Source: Spirogloea muscicola
Taxonomy: Eukaryota
NCBI GenBank assembly: GCA_009602725.1
Contig: WELB01000007.1
Span: 628,647-686,338 of the forward strand
Direction of reading: 5' to 3'
Length of the DNA: 57,692 nt
Made by a program: the position numbers and the translations under genes. Positions 13,409 to 25,015 of the stretch are shown piece after piece; the first letter of the stretch is position 1, and each line of letters starts with the position of its first letter. The notes under the pieces were generated by a model. The model searched no databases and was not told where the DNA came from. It saw nothing but the letters and a program-made list of their open reading frames with translations.

Positions 13409-14714
13409 TTACCAAGATGCACGTGGGCCCCATGTGCCGTTGGTCAGGCGTTGGCCGGGTGGAAGGAGTATGCCAGATATCCACTGCGTGCGGGCTGGTG
13501 CACTTGGGTGTCGGGCACGGAAGTCGGGCGGGAAGTCGCCCCGAGCGTTGATCTCGGGTGACTGCGGTGCCTCAGTGAACTTGAGCCAGCAGTTGCCCTG
13601 GACGTGGTGGTGCGCATCCGCTTCAAAGCACTCGTCGTCGGGGCAGAACACCCACGCGTTGCACGGCAGGTCCTGGAAGGGCCCGCCAACTTGCGGACCA
13701 GGGACGTGATCCCTGCGGCCGCAAGCCAGTCAAGAAGCACCAGCATTGCCCCATCAGCTCATGCATTGCCAGATGCCGCCGCTGTCGTCAGCGCTGCCAA
13801 TGCCGTCGCTGGGCCCGGCTAAGGAGCCGCCTCAAGGCGAGACCAATGGCGCCTGTATCGATGGTGGCGTGCACCTGCAGTCCTGGCAGCACTCCTCGGC
13901 CGAGGCCTTGATATTGTGGAGCCCCCAGCCGACAGCGAGGCCGTCAATGCTCACTCCCACCTCGGTGTTGCACTCCAAGCCTTCGCCGCTCTTGCCGCCC
14001 TGCCAGCCCGCCAGCGCGGCGCAGACCCGCGACCGTTACAAGGTGGCCGCGCGAGCCGCAAGCAGTGGGCCCAAAACCGGCCAGACGCTTTCCAGCACGC
14101 TCTAAAGGCAGGTGCGGGGAGCACAATGCAGGACTTGAGGCTCGCAAGCCGCGGGGCGAAAGGTGAGGAAGGAGGGAGGGAGACGGAGGAGTGGAGTGTG
14201 CATTGAGTGATGGAGGGCCTGAGTGGCCAAAGTATAATGGCAAGCACATCGACAGATGTACGTAACCAGCTGCTAAGCTGACCCGCTCAGTAACCACGAG
14301 TCAGCCATTAGAGGTCGCTAAGTGATGTCCAGGTACCGATTGGCAACGGGGAGGATTGAGGGACTTTGAAAGGGATTTGGCCACCTGGGGGTGCAGCTTG
14401 CGCCAGGCGAGCGCAGTGGGCGACTCGAGCAGGCACTCGGGCTTCACGTGCGCGTACCCGTCCACCGCCGGCGACCCACAAACGCGCGGAAGCGGCGCGT
14501 CGCCCCAATCCTCCTCCTCCTCCGTTGGCGCCGCCGCTGCGCCGCCGAGGCCGCCGTCCTCGGCTCCGCCGCCGCCGCCGCCGGAGGCGGCAGCCCAGAC
14601 GCCGGCGGTGAGGCCGATGCTGCTGGCGAGGGTCAGCAGCGCGCCCACGACGACGAAGGCGAGCATCAGCGCCGCGCCCGCGCGGAAGCTCACCGCCGCC
14701 GCCGTCGCCGCCAT
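13409..14714 (-). CDS. Secreted or membrane-anchored Cys-rich PAN/Apple-like domain protein, 3 exons
   Basis: N-terminal hydrophobic segment (LMLAFVVVGALLTL). Then CGSPAVDGYAHV, IDGLAVGWGLHNIKASAEECCQDC, CNAWVFCP, GNCWLK and QWISG, which is the CC-x2-C..CN.W..C..CWLK apple pattern. Exon 1 ends at 14385; stop at 13411-13409. Confidence 0.8.
14155..14345 (-). mobile_element. RLE/CRE-like 3' remnant (subfamily B) in intron 1 of the PAN-like gene
   Basis: Reads SLSDL*WLTRGY*, followed by GCGGGTCAGC..GATGTGCTTGCCATTATACTTTGGCCA, as in the other subfamily B copies. Confidence 0.7.
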
Positions 14715-15164
14715 GGCCTCATGCGCGGCGGCTACCCTCCGCCGCCGCCCGCAACTACCGCAGGAGCTGAGCAGGTGCTATGGTCTCCGGACCGGAAGAA
14801 TACGCGCATATGCATGTAGCTCCGGAGCCAGGGATTCCGGAGCTGAGCGGAGACCGCGGCATGTTCTGATTCCCCGTGCCCTGACTGGTGAGAGCTGGCC
14901 CGAGTGCGCCAGTGCCCCTCCGGAGAAGAAAGCAGCCGGATATAGATGTATATATAAATAATGATATAGATAATTCATGAGAAAGACTTCCAGATTGAGT
15001 GCAGTGGCTGTGATAGGCCAGCCCAAAAAGAAAGGACAAGGTCCAAGAAAAGCCATGGGAAAGATACAAGAAGCTGCTCTTCCGAAGGTGACGAGGGTAT
15101 TAAGAGCCAGCCCTCAAATCACTGAGGTGGTCCTTGTACTTGGCACAAGTACAAGGACCACCCG

Positions 15165-16020
15165 GCTGAGTGCAGCACTTCCTTGAGGCTCGGTGCCTTT
15201 GGGACTTGTGTCCTGCTACCGCATGCGCATATCTATGTCCTTACAGCAGTCCCAAGCGCTTGCTTTGCACCGCCGAGCCGGTCGCGCCCTTGCAGCAGCC
15301 TCCGGCTTGCGCAGCGGGGTTTTCTCTTCCTCCCCTCGTCTGGCATCCGGCATCATGCCAATCTCCCCAAGGCGCGGCAAGCCATACGTGCGGCGTCTGG
15401 ACGTGGTCGCCACCTCCCGGGACGGTGGGCCTCGTCTGCTCCTGGACGTGGTACTGATCGACGCATACAAGGCTGGCGCACCCACGTTGACCGTGTCTGG
15501 GCTGGGCGTCGTCCGTCGTCCAGCGCGGAGCGCAAGAAGGAGAGGCACTACCAGGGCCATCCCCGAGGGGGCCATATTTTGTGCCATGAGTATCCACGGA
15601 GGCTATGACGTGAAATGGTCTTCCCTGATCCAGCATCTGGCCCGGCTGGTTGATGCGCGTCGTCGAAGTCGGGGGGGCAGCTTAGGCCACTCCAGCATTC
15701 CGCAGGCCTTAGTTGCATATTATAGTATGCCGCTTTCGCTTAGTTTGCAGCGCTCGCAAGCATTGGCTCTTCATCAACGTGCAGGGCGCGCTCTAAGTCA
15801 GGCCTCCGGCTTTCGTGGCAGCGCTGCAGCTCCCCAAGTTAGCTTGTCGAATTTGTTTGTGCTCACCCGTGGGTATTAATGTCACCCTGTTACCTTAGGC
15901 ACCTTACTTTAGGTCTCCGTATTATGTAGCCTTGTTTAGTTTGCACTAGACTCTGCGTGGACAATGTATTGGCTTGAACTGGCCTCCCTTCCATTTCATG
16001 CGTACACCCATCCTTCTTGC
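15165..16020 (+). mobile_element. Two tandem truncated RLE-type (CRE-like) non-LTR fragments, the second retaining the restriction-like endonuclease domain
   Basis: First C-terminal fragment: CYRMRISMSLQQSQALALHRRAGR (about 15210-15320). Second: RRLDVVAT..LLLDVVLID, then AERKKERHY after a frameshift, IFCAMSIHG and LSLSLQRSQA..FVLTRGY*. This is the RxD..DV..E..K..Y and terminal ls..lQr pattern of RLE-bearing non-LTR elements, followed by the shared 3' UTR. Confidence 0.8.
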
Positions 16021-16414
16021 CCTCAGCTCATGTGACTTCCTACTGCTGACACGGGGGTACTCAAGAGCGCCCGTGTCTGCCCCTAGTCTGGTGGCTCCGT
16101 CGTGAACACCTGTCTGCAACTGGCTGGCTTCTTACAGCCGCTCTTTCGATATCAGCAGCCGCATTCATTTCAATCACTGAACAGGGGACAGAGGAGCCGG
16201 AAAGGGGAACAGCTCTACCAGATTGACAGCAGTGGCCTTGGCGAGGCCAGCCCGAAAAAATGGACAAGGTCTGAAAGCGTACATGAGAGAAGCACTTCGC
16301 AATGGCAGAGGACGCATTTCCATGCGGGGGATGGCTGTCGGCGGCCGCGCCGAAATGACCAGGGTCCGAAGGGAACGGGCAAGGAATACCTGAGCTTCTC
16401 ATTGTAAGCCTCGT

Positions 16415-16454
<40 letters not shown>

Positions 16455-16477
16455 GGAGGTGGCGGCGCTGGCAGCGG

Positions 16478-18246
16478 ATGCCGCGCGACTTCGCCTTCTG
16501 CGCCGTGTGCCGGCTGAGCCACGACGCCGGCCGGCGGCACGTCTACGGCGCCCGGCACCGAGCGGCGGTGACCANTCGCCGCCGCCGCCGCCGCGCGCTT
16601 CTTCCTCCGCTCGCCCGCGCCCGGCGGCCGCGCCGCCGGTCCCTCCTGGTGCACCTTCTGCGCCGCCGCCGTCTCCGAGGACGCCAGCACCTTCGCCTGG
16701 TGCGCGCAGCTGAGCTCGCTGGCGACCGCACCTGGTCGACCCTTGCTCAGCTGGCTCAGCTGCATGTATGTCTCGTCTAGATAATTAATCAAGGACTGCT
16801 GATGGTGTCCTCTAAAGGTCAGAGTCTGCATCAGATGATCTTGATTTCCGAAATAGCTTCAGAGATTGTGCCGCTGCCCTGTGCAGCGAGCAACTGATCC
16901 GGCACCGCGCCAGCCAGGAGCATCAGGATGCCGTCAACGCCTGGTTCCGCGAGCATGGAGCCGACAAGGACCAGCGCCAGCTGCACTTCATCACCGCCCA
17001 TGACCTCGCCAAGGTCAGAGCTACGATCCTGGCGAAGGCTGCGTCCGGTTGCCGTGAGAGGCTGTCAGTGGTAGCGGGGGTCCAGCGTACTATGCTATGA
17101 GAGTCTTACACGGGCTTGCCGCGCAACTGCGTGGCTCACTGGTGGCAGTGGGAGAAGGCCTGTAAGAAGGTCTCTAAGGCTGGCGAGCATGCTCCAGCAG
17201 CTCCCACAGCGGCGACTTGCACGAGCAGCTCAAGACTTGGCTCTGACACAGATCATATCCAATCCAGAATAGCCTTGGAGTGCTTGATGCCTGCAGTGGC
17301 AGTGCCTGCCACTGGCTTCCCCATGCATGCGCTGCCGCCGCTGCCGCCGTCGTCGCTGGTTCCACCCCTTGTTGGCCCTTCACTGCCTAGCACGCCCCTC
17401 TTCCGTGGGGTTGCTGGAAAGACCCTGCCTGGGAGCAGCAGCAGCAGCGTGAGCAGCGCATCGCGGTTGACAGAGGCAACCCCTGGAGGCTTGGATAGTC
17501 AAGACATAAGAGCTGCAGCTCGAGCCCTTGCCCCCGCTCCGCTGCTGCCAGTCGCAGCTCCAGCAGGTATTTGTGATTCCTTGGTGGTCGCCACCTTAAG
17601 TGAAGGCTTGTCTTGGGCAACATCCATTTGTAACATCGGACAAGTAGCATCACTGTCTATTACTTCATTTTCCTAATCGAAATCGTCCACGACAACAGCC
17701 GCAGCCATGCAATTGCTCATTGTCCATGTACCGCTGTATCTGCATCTTTGGGGGAGGTGTCCACTAAAGCTCATATCCTCAATAGCAGCCTAGTGTGTGA
17801 ATTGTTTATAGCTGCCAGTTCACTTGCAGAAGGGAACGTCCACACTGGGGCGCTGCCACCTTGGCTCCAAGCTGGGAATGCCTTGCCTGACTCGTCAACG
17901 CACAGCAGAACGCAGGCTGGTAATTTGAAGGTATCCCTGTCCAGATCTCAAAAGAGGAAACTGGCCAAGCTTCGTAACCCGAAGCGAGTTGGAGCAGCTT
18001 GGGCAGAGCAGCGGCTGAAGGAGCTGGCAAGAGAGACAAGCAGCGAACGTCATTCAGCAACCCCGGCCTCTGAGAAGCTCGAGGAGTGGCTTCCCAGCTT
18101 CGGGCGCGTGTGGCAGAGCGGGTCCAGATTGGACACTCGGAAGGAGTTCTTGAAAGAATCTCAGAAACAGGCAAAGACCAGCATGCAGGCGAATGAGGCT
18201 CGTGCTGGCTTTCCTGTTGTGAAGCCCTATGTGAGCAAACGGCAGG
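16478..18246 (+). CDS. TTL: TITAN-like protein / CCDC84 (CENATAC) homolog with two zinc fingers; last exon uncertain
   Basis: FCAVCRLSHDAGRRHVYGARH, RFFLRSP, WCTFC, WEKAC, GNVHTGALPPWL, NPKRVGAAWAE, WLPSFGRVWQSGSR, VKPYVSKR. An assembly n at 16575 breaks the frame. Confidence 0.9.
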
Positions 18247-19819
18247 TATGTCACAAGTGTACCTGCACAAGAAGCTGCCTGGTGACCTCTCTCAGTACAA
18301 GGTCGTAAGGACTGGTGTGCATTTGAAGCAAGTGGTCTTCATCCAAATCTTACTTCGGCTGTTGCTGGCATGCATACAAACGCTCCAGTCCAATGATGTC
18401 AGGTCTGTCCAGTGACATCGTGGCGAGCACTTTCACAGCAGCCCTCAATGACATAGTCTCTTTTATGGTGGCAGCGCTTGGATCATTTGCTCAACGATGG
18501 GAAGGAGACTTCAGGCAAAGAATGAGCTCTTCAGAGCTTGGTTGTCAAGCCTTGGTTGTACAGAGTGCAAACTCTCATTGGTCCCTTGACAGCATAGCAT
18601 CTGTCAGGCTGTGCAGCCTTTATCTGCATTTGTGACGTACACAATGCATGACATCTCCACCTGGAGGTCTAGGGTTTAGGGTTAAAGGGTTATAACTGTC
18701 ATTTGTTGGGCTTAAGTAAGCTTGAAGACAGGTCTGCAGATGCCAAGAGGTGGTGTTTAGGGTTTGGGATATAGAGTGTACATTTAGCTGCCAAGGTTAC
18801 ACAAGGTCATCTTCACCTTAGAAGCACCCGAGGTCCAGTGTTTTGTCCTATAATCCTGGTTGTAGGTTGCTATGCCCTCTATTGTTGCCAGTGGTTATCT
18901 TATAATGCCCCCATTTCGTGATCCTTCTTGGCAGCTGGCCACGGTAATTGATGTGCATCAAGAGTGCTCAAGTAGAGCTTGCTCCACTGGGGAGGCTGAG
19001 ACTGGACAGCTGAGACTCCTTACCTAGAGTTGCAGCTCACATTACCAGCAAAAGACTGCATTGCATTTCAAGTAGCAGTTTAGGAAGTTGAATGCAAGCA
19101 GTAGGAGGCTTGCAAGCGAGAGAGATAGGAGCGCAGAAGCCCTGGCTTAGCCACTTGCTAAGTCATACTCGCTTCACTTATTAGCTGCTCTTGGCCTATG
19201 ATGACAATCAGTCCATGACTTACCGCCCTCATTGTGATTCGAGCAACAGCCACGAATTTGGCAAAACCCTTAATCAAAACATGGCGTCCACGACCTAGAA
19301 GGAAAGCAACACTCGCCTGTAATGCGTCAATCCAGCTGCTACGCTGCAAATTGGACCAGCAGACCAACCTCGTGCAAAGAAGAGGCTGTTGGGGGCCTGC
19401 TTTACATAGTGACGTAGGCGAGCTCCACACAACTCTAAGAAAAGGATGAGAGGGCCTCAGCCTCATATCACTGCGGGGCAGCCAGAAGGTCCGTGGCTAT
19501 CACTGCATTATATTGCAAACGTCAGACGAGCTCGCTCTTTCAATTATTACAAGGTATTCACCGACTTCAAGATCGCGGGGTCCAGTTGGGCCAGAAGAGT
19601 CACAGGTAGCCCAGCCTCAAACATTGAAGCTTTTCTCAGCCCTCGCCCTTTTGTAACGAGCTGCTTCCTCTTTCGCAGCCATTGCCCCCCTTCTGGAGTG
19701 CTTCTTATTTTTCCGGGGGGACTTCTTCTCTCAGTCCGCCGAGCGAAGAGCGGTATAGGCGCAGGGGCCAGACAAAGCCGCGGAGGCTGCCGAAGGAACT
19801 CAAGTGTGTCTTGAGTGAT

Positions 19820-19950
19820 GGAGGTTCTGAGGGTCAGCTTACAGGGGATATACATAGGTCAATGTGCTTGTCTTCGTACGCAGCCACATAGGCCATCCAT
19901 CACTCAGTACACACTGTACTCCTGGCCCAGTACAAAGGCAAGCACAATGA
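19820..19950 (+). mobile_element. RLE/CRE-like subfamily B 3'-UTR remnant, joined to an inverted copy of the same motif
   Basis: GGGTCAGCTT..AATGTGCTTGTC..GGCCATCCATCACTCAGTACACACT, then the reverse of TGTGCTTGCCTTTGTACTGGGCCA at 19923-19946. Confidence 0.6.
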
Positions 19951-20053
19951 CAGATGTACATCACCTGCTGCTTTCAGCTCTTTCGGCTGTCGTGCCATAT
20001 CCCGTCGACGGCCTATTTGTGTCGATCTGACTTAAACAGCTGACTGGGCTTCA

Positions 20054-20195
20054 CACGTGGCCTCCTAGGCTGACTCATTCACTTTTCTGTGTGATTTACG
20101 CTAAGGATGGAGGACCACTTTTTTCCCTATGTGGCTTCCTAGGCTGGGTCACCCACTTCTGTGTGTGATTTGATTCACGCTAACTATGGAGGACC

Positions 20196-20197
<2 letters not shown>
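20054..20197 (+). repeat. Imperfect tandem duplication, unit about 75 bp
   Basis: GTGGC(C/T)TCCTAGGCTG..TGTGTGATTT..ACGCTAA..ATGGAGGACCAC occurs twice. Confidence 0.8.
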
Positions 20198-20272
<75 letters not shown>

Positions 20273-20315
20273 CCCCCCTTTCGGCGACCGCTCATCAAAT
20301 GCGGACAACAACAAN

Positions 20316-20414
<99 letters not shown>

Positions 20415-20490
20415 GACAACAACAACATCGACCGCTCATCCAATGCGGACAACAACAACATCCACCGCTCATCAAATGCTGACGACAAAA
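20198..20490 (+). repeat. (CT)n microsatellites interleaved with three copies of a ~33-bp unit
   Basis: (CT)n at about 20198-20267 and 20317-20411. Unit ACCGCTCATC(A/C)AATGC(G/T)GAC(A/G)ACAA at about 20287, 20431 and 20464. Confidence 0.9.
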
Positions 20491-23400
20491 GAACGGAGCG
20501 ACTACAAGAACCCAGGCCCACGCACGACGCCAACCGGCCGAAGACCGTCCATGGCGCAACGAGGGAAGCCCATCTGCAAGCACCTCAACCACCAACAAGA
20601 CCGTCAAGGTGGGCGCTATCGAAGCGGAGGCGGAACGATCGTGGAACAGACCACTGGAGGTCACCGTCTGCAGTCAAGTCGGCCCCAGGGTCGAGAACGG
20701 CCCACGAAGGCTTAGCCAACCAGCGTAGCCAACGGCCGCATCTGGCCTACCAGGTAGCGCTGGGGTTTCACCGCGTCCGGCCCATGTTGGAGCGCGTTGT
20801 CTTGCCAGGCAATCTGCTTGGCAATACTCACCCTCCTGCAACGCCTGCGCCTACCCGCGCATGCGTTCACTCGCGCCTGCGTCCGCGAAAGCGTAGAGCT
20901 CGGCGCACACGGCGAGCGCGCATAGCGAGCCTTGCGCGGACCGGCTGCGACTGCGAGAAGTCGTTCTATCTGTGCGGTGAGCAGTCTTCATATCAGACTG
21001 TTCTTGCAAGTCTTCACGCCCGGAGTTGTTGTGCTCATTGTTTGAGTGCACATTTCTAGACCGATTGCTTGCGTGCATCCATTGGCTGCACTGCTTGTTA
21101 TATCCACGAACACAGAAAAGGTGCGGGCTTAGCCCGAGAACAATTGGGCATTTAGCATCGCGGCCGCCCATTGGGAGTCTCGCACCGTAGTGCTAGGTGA
21201 AACCATCAAGCAGACAGTGATACCACGATACTCCTTATACTGGAAACCGATTACCGGGCACTATCACGGCCCCTTGCAGCAGTGCAAACCTTCTGCCAAA
21301 TCACTGGATCATCCAGGTCCACAACGTCAGTAACAGTGCGGATGTTAGCTGGAATAACTGGATGCCGACCGTTTAGAAGAAGAAAAGGACTATAGCAGGA
21401 CAAAGAAGTCTGGTTTCACATTCGATATCCCATTATCAACCATGGTAGAAATCGGTCCCAGCGCTCCAATCCATGTTTCATTGCATATGTCATCAGACCC
21501 TTCGTCATTGTCTGCACCATCCGCTCTGCCATACCATCAGCTTGCGGATGATCCCTAGATGTAAGACGATGATCTATGAAGCTGCGATCTAACAGCTGTT
21601 GAAAGTCGCCCTTGGATTCAGTACCGCGGTCTGGAAGGACTTCGGCAGGAGCCCCATAGCGAGTAAGCACAACATTGCGGAAAATATTAGCAATGAGTTC
21701 ACTGAATTTGGTAGGAATGATAGCAACTTCGACCCATTTAGAAAAATGTTCTATCATAATTAGAAGATGAGGCCGCTGCTTCCCCAATCGGAGTGGCCCT
21801 GCCAAATCAAGACTCCATCTGTAGAAGAGCCCCCCAATTGGCAAAGGATGCAATACCGGAGATTTGAGTGAGAAGGTACTACGGATACGATCGCACTCCT
21901 CACATTGTGACAAAACATGCATGACTGTTCTTGTCACACCATGCCACCAATACCTTGGCATAAGAAGACTGATGGTACGTTTAAAACCAAAGTGTCCATA
22001 GTCTGTGTGGACATCTTGGACTTTCTGCAACCGATCAGGAGGAGGGACAACCTATTTCCTGTATTACTGATGTAGATGGATGAATTGATTGTGTTGCCAA
22101 ACACATCGCCGAGCTCGGCTTTTGATCCTGTCCTTCTGAATAGAAAGTTTAGGAAGATACATGCCAGTCTGGATGTAATGACGAACTGGAAGATCTAGCC
22201 AAACATCTTTTGAAAAGAAGGTTTATCAAGAGCACAGGCAAGTGGCGAATATATAGCAAAACAGGCCAGATAAGAAGCAGGACTACTGAGAGGTACAGAC
22301 ACAACAGCTACTGAAAGCAAAGCAAATTGCTCGTCCACAGATGTTGGTGTAGGGTTGCGGCTGAGGGCATCTGCATCCAGATTTTGTAGCCCTGGTTTCT
22401 GAATAATCTCAAACTCATACTCCGTTTAACGCAATGACCATCTGGCTAGTTTGCCAGTCGGTTGATAAGTGGTTAGTTGCCACTTCAGAGGTTGGTGATC
22501 CGTAATAAGCTTAACGGTCGTCCAAATAAGGACGGACTAAAATGCGTGACAGCCGAGACAGCTGCAAGACCTTTGCCTTCGTAAGCTGAGTAATTCCGTT
22601 GGGCAGCATTGTTAGAACGACTTGCATAAGCAATGAGATAATCGTGGTGATCTTCGTCCTGCTGTGTAAGTACAGCTCCAATGCCGGGTTTACTCCAGTC
22701 TGTGTGCAGCAGTGGAACTCTTTAGCATATGCCGGACGACGCAAAACAGGAGCTGTTGGCAGTGATCGCTTCAATTGACAAAAAGCGTTTTCCGGTTCTG
22801 ATCCCCATAGCCATGGTGTATTTTTCTTGAGAAGACTTTTAAGAGGACGAGCCAAAGAGCTAAAATGCTCAATATACCGACGATAGAAACTGGCAATTCC
22901 TAAAAACGATCTCAAAGATGTAAAATTGGTAGGTGCAGGAATGGACAGGATTGCTTGCACCTTGCTATCTTTTGGAGAAAGACTATTCTCCGTTATCTGA
23001 TGACCAAGATAATGAACCTCAGAGAGTGCAAACCGGCATTCTCCTGGATGGCACTTGTAAGCTGAGTTCTGTATCAACTTAATTACAGAGTCAACATGAG
23101 TCACATGCTCATCGAATTCATGACTGAATATTAGAACATCGTCTATGTAACATCTGGCGTATGGAATTCCTCTCAGTATCTGGTCCATAACACGCTGAAA
23201 TGTAGATGGTGCATTCTTCAGTCCAAAGGGCATTTCATTGTTATAGTGTATCTACCCCCTAGAATGCAGTTTGTGTCTATCACCAGGCTCAATTTCAATC
23301 TGATTGGACCCATTTTCCAAATCTAAGAGAGAAAACCTTTGCGGAACCAATATGGTTGAAGATCTCTTCTGAAGTAGGCATTGGATACCTATCCAACGGC

Positions 23401-23924
23401 GTGTTGGCACGTCGCAAACAATAACCGCCGTACATACGTCGGGCAGTATAGTTTCCATGTTCGTCTTTCTTTGCCGGAGGGACGGTAGGAGCTGCGAATG
23501 AACTTCTGGAAGATTCTATCATGCCAATAGCAAGCAATTCTTGACATCTCTTTTCCACAAGCTCATCCTCAAAGGGAGACAACGTATACCTTTTCCGAAG
23601 GACGGGCTTGTCATTGTTAAGATTAATTTGGAATTTGGCACCTGTATAAGTGCCTAAGTCAGCTGCTGAGAATGCAAAACATGCAATGTTCTCCTGCAGC
23701 ATTGTTAAGTGACGCCGCTGCTCATCACACAACTGAGGACCCAGCTGCCACTTGTACTCAACAATGTCTTTGTTAGCAGCAAGGGCTACAAACTTTGATT
23801 GCTACATTTTATCTTCCTCTACAATGTCCTCAAGATCAAACCAAGCTAGCAGACGGTTGTCCATGTCAGTCAGTTTATCTGCACCTGGTTTGAGGCTTTT
23901 CTCGAAGGCCTCCTGAAGTGCTGT

Positions 23925-25015
23925 TTACTTGGTCTGTAGACGTCCAAGCACACTGGTTAACCAAGTCATACTATTCAAGTCAAAAGCTTGACCTATCAAG
24001 CTATTTTTCAGCTCGTCTGGGAAGTGGGCTGGCGTGATGTCACCAGGCCAAAATTCCACGACCTTCTCTCGTTCCCTAGGAGTTGGAACATCAAATTGAG
24101 CACGAGGAGAGTCGGCTGTAAGAGGTGCAGTGATTACCATTCCTTGGCCCACTTCACCGTTTGGTTTGATGCTGTAAGCATATAATCCTGGAGTTGCCAC
24201 AAATGTACGGAGAGTGCGTCGCGGCCTGCCTGCTTTGTTGACCGGGTGATACTTAAAGTAACGTGGTACCGGTTGTAGTCGTCGTCCAGCGTCTAAGACG
24301 AGATCTACTCTGGTGTAAGGGTGTGGGTCCTGCCCGTCGATGCAAGCTTGTAAGAGGGAAAAGATTTCGTGTATTTGAAACAAACGAAGGCCAAATGGCC
24401 AAGTACAAAGGCAAGCACATCTTAAGACCTACATAACCTACAGTAGATTGACCCGCTCGGAAACCACGGGTCAAAACATAAAGGTCGCTAACCGATGCCT
24501 GGATACTAGATGGCAGATACGGAGCCCTTCTGCTACCAACTAGAGCTCGCCCAGCTTTCTGGTGCAAAGCATTAGCCTGAGCACGCTGCAAACAGGCCGA
24601 AACTCGTCGTTGCAACAACGACAGATAAGCAGCTGGCAAGCCCATCTCAGCCGGGAACACATCTGCATGTCGTGTGTAGCCTAGATTGGCTATGTTTTGA
24701 AGGAGAGTAAGGAAACGAGGACCTAAGCAGCCAGAGGGGCACTGGAGCTAAATTTGTAAAGAATAGCCTCACTCTATCTGCCAAAGAATTGACCCTAGCT
24801 GCATCAAGCTTGACGCATGGACCTTATATGAAATAATCGACGAAAATGCCTCGTAGATTTGGCGGCTCTACATTTTCTATGATGTATCTCATAGGCCCTT
24901 TTGGCCTACCGCGAGTATTCTTCATCAATTCTAGCACTGGAAAGAATAGTCTGGTACTGGGATGGTTGAAGCCTTGACTCTTTCCTGCAGCACTGAACCC
25001 TTCGCAGGGAAACCT
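23925..25015 (-). pseudogene. DNMT3-like C5 cytosine methyltransferase domain inside the Gypsy pol, interrupted
   Basis: Hand translation. Motif IV FPCEGFSAAGKSQGFNHPSTRLFF (PC at 25009-25004); motif VI YIIENV (ENV at 24877-24869); motif VIII LDAARVNSLADRVRLFFTNL (RVR at 24775-24767); motifs IX/X PREREKVVEFWPGDIT..KNSLIGQAFDLNSMTWL. In-frame stop at 24826-24824. Motif I not found. Confidence 0.9.
24359..24738 (-). mobile_element. RLE/CRE-like non-LTR 3' fragment (subfamily B) nested in the DNMT domain
   Basis: SGCLGPRFLTLLQNIA..LLQRRVSACLQRAQANALHQKAGRAL..VSDLYVLTRG plus the 3' UTR. Flanked by AGAGGG at 24353-24358 and 24733-24738. Confidence 0.85.

Noticed and set aside
19158..19700. Degenerate minus-strand reading DLEVGEYLVI..PRTFWL..LRVVW, possibly a transposon relic
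   Set aside because: It is interrupted by stops and has no motif I can assign with confidence.
20287..20490. Three ~33-bp repeats as a CRISPR-like array
   Set aside because: There are no unique spacers and no cas genes, and the context is eukaryotic. It is a simple minisatellite.
20161..20715. Poly-SL and poly-RE ORFs
   Set aside because: They are translations of the (CT)n microsatellite.
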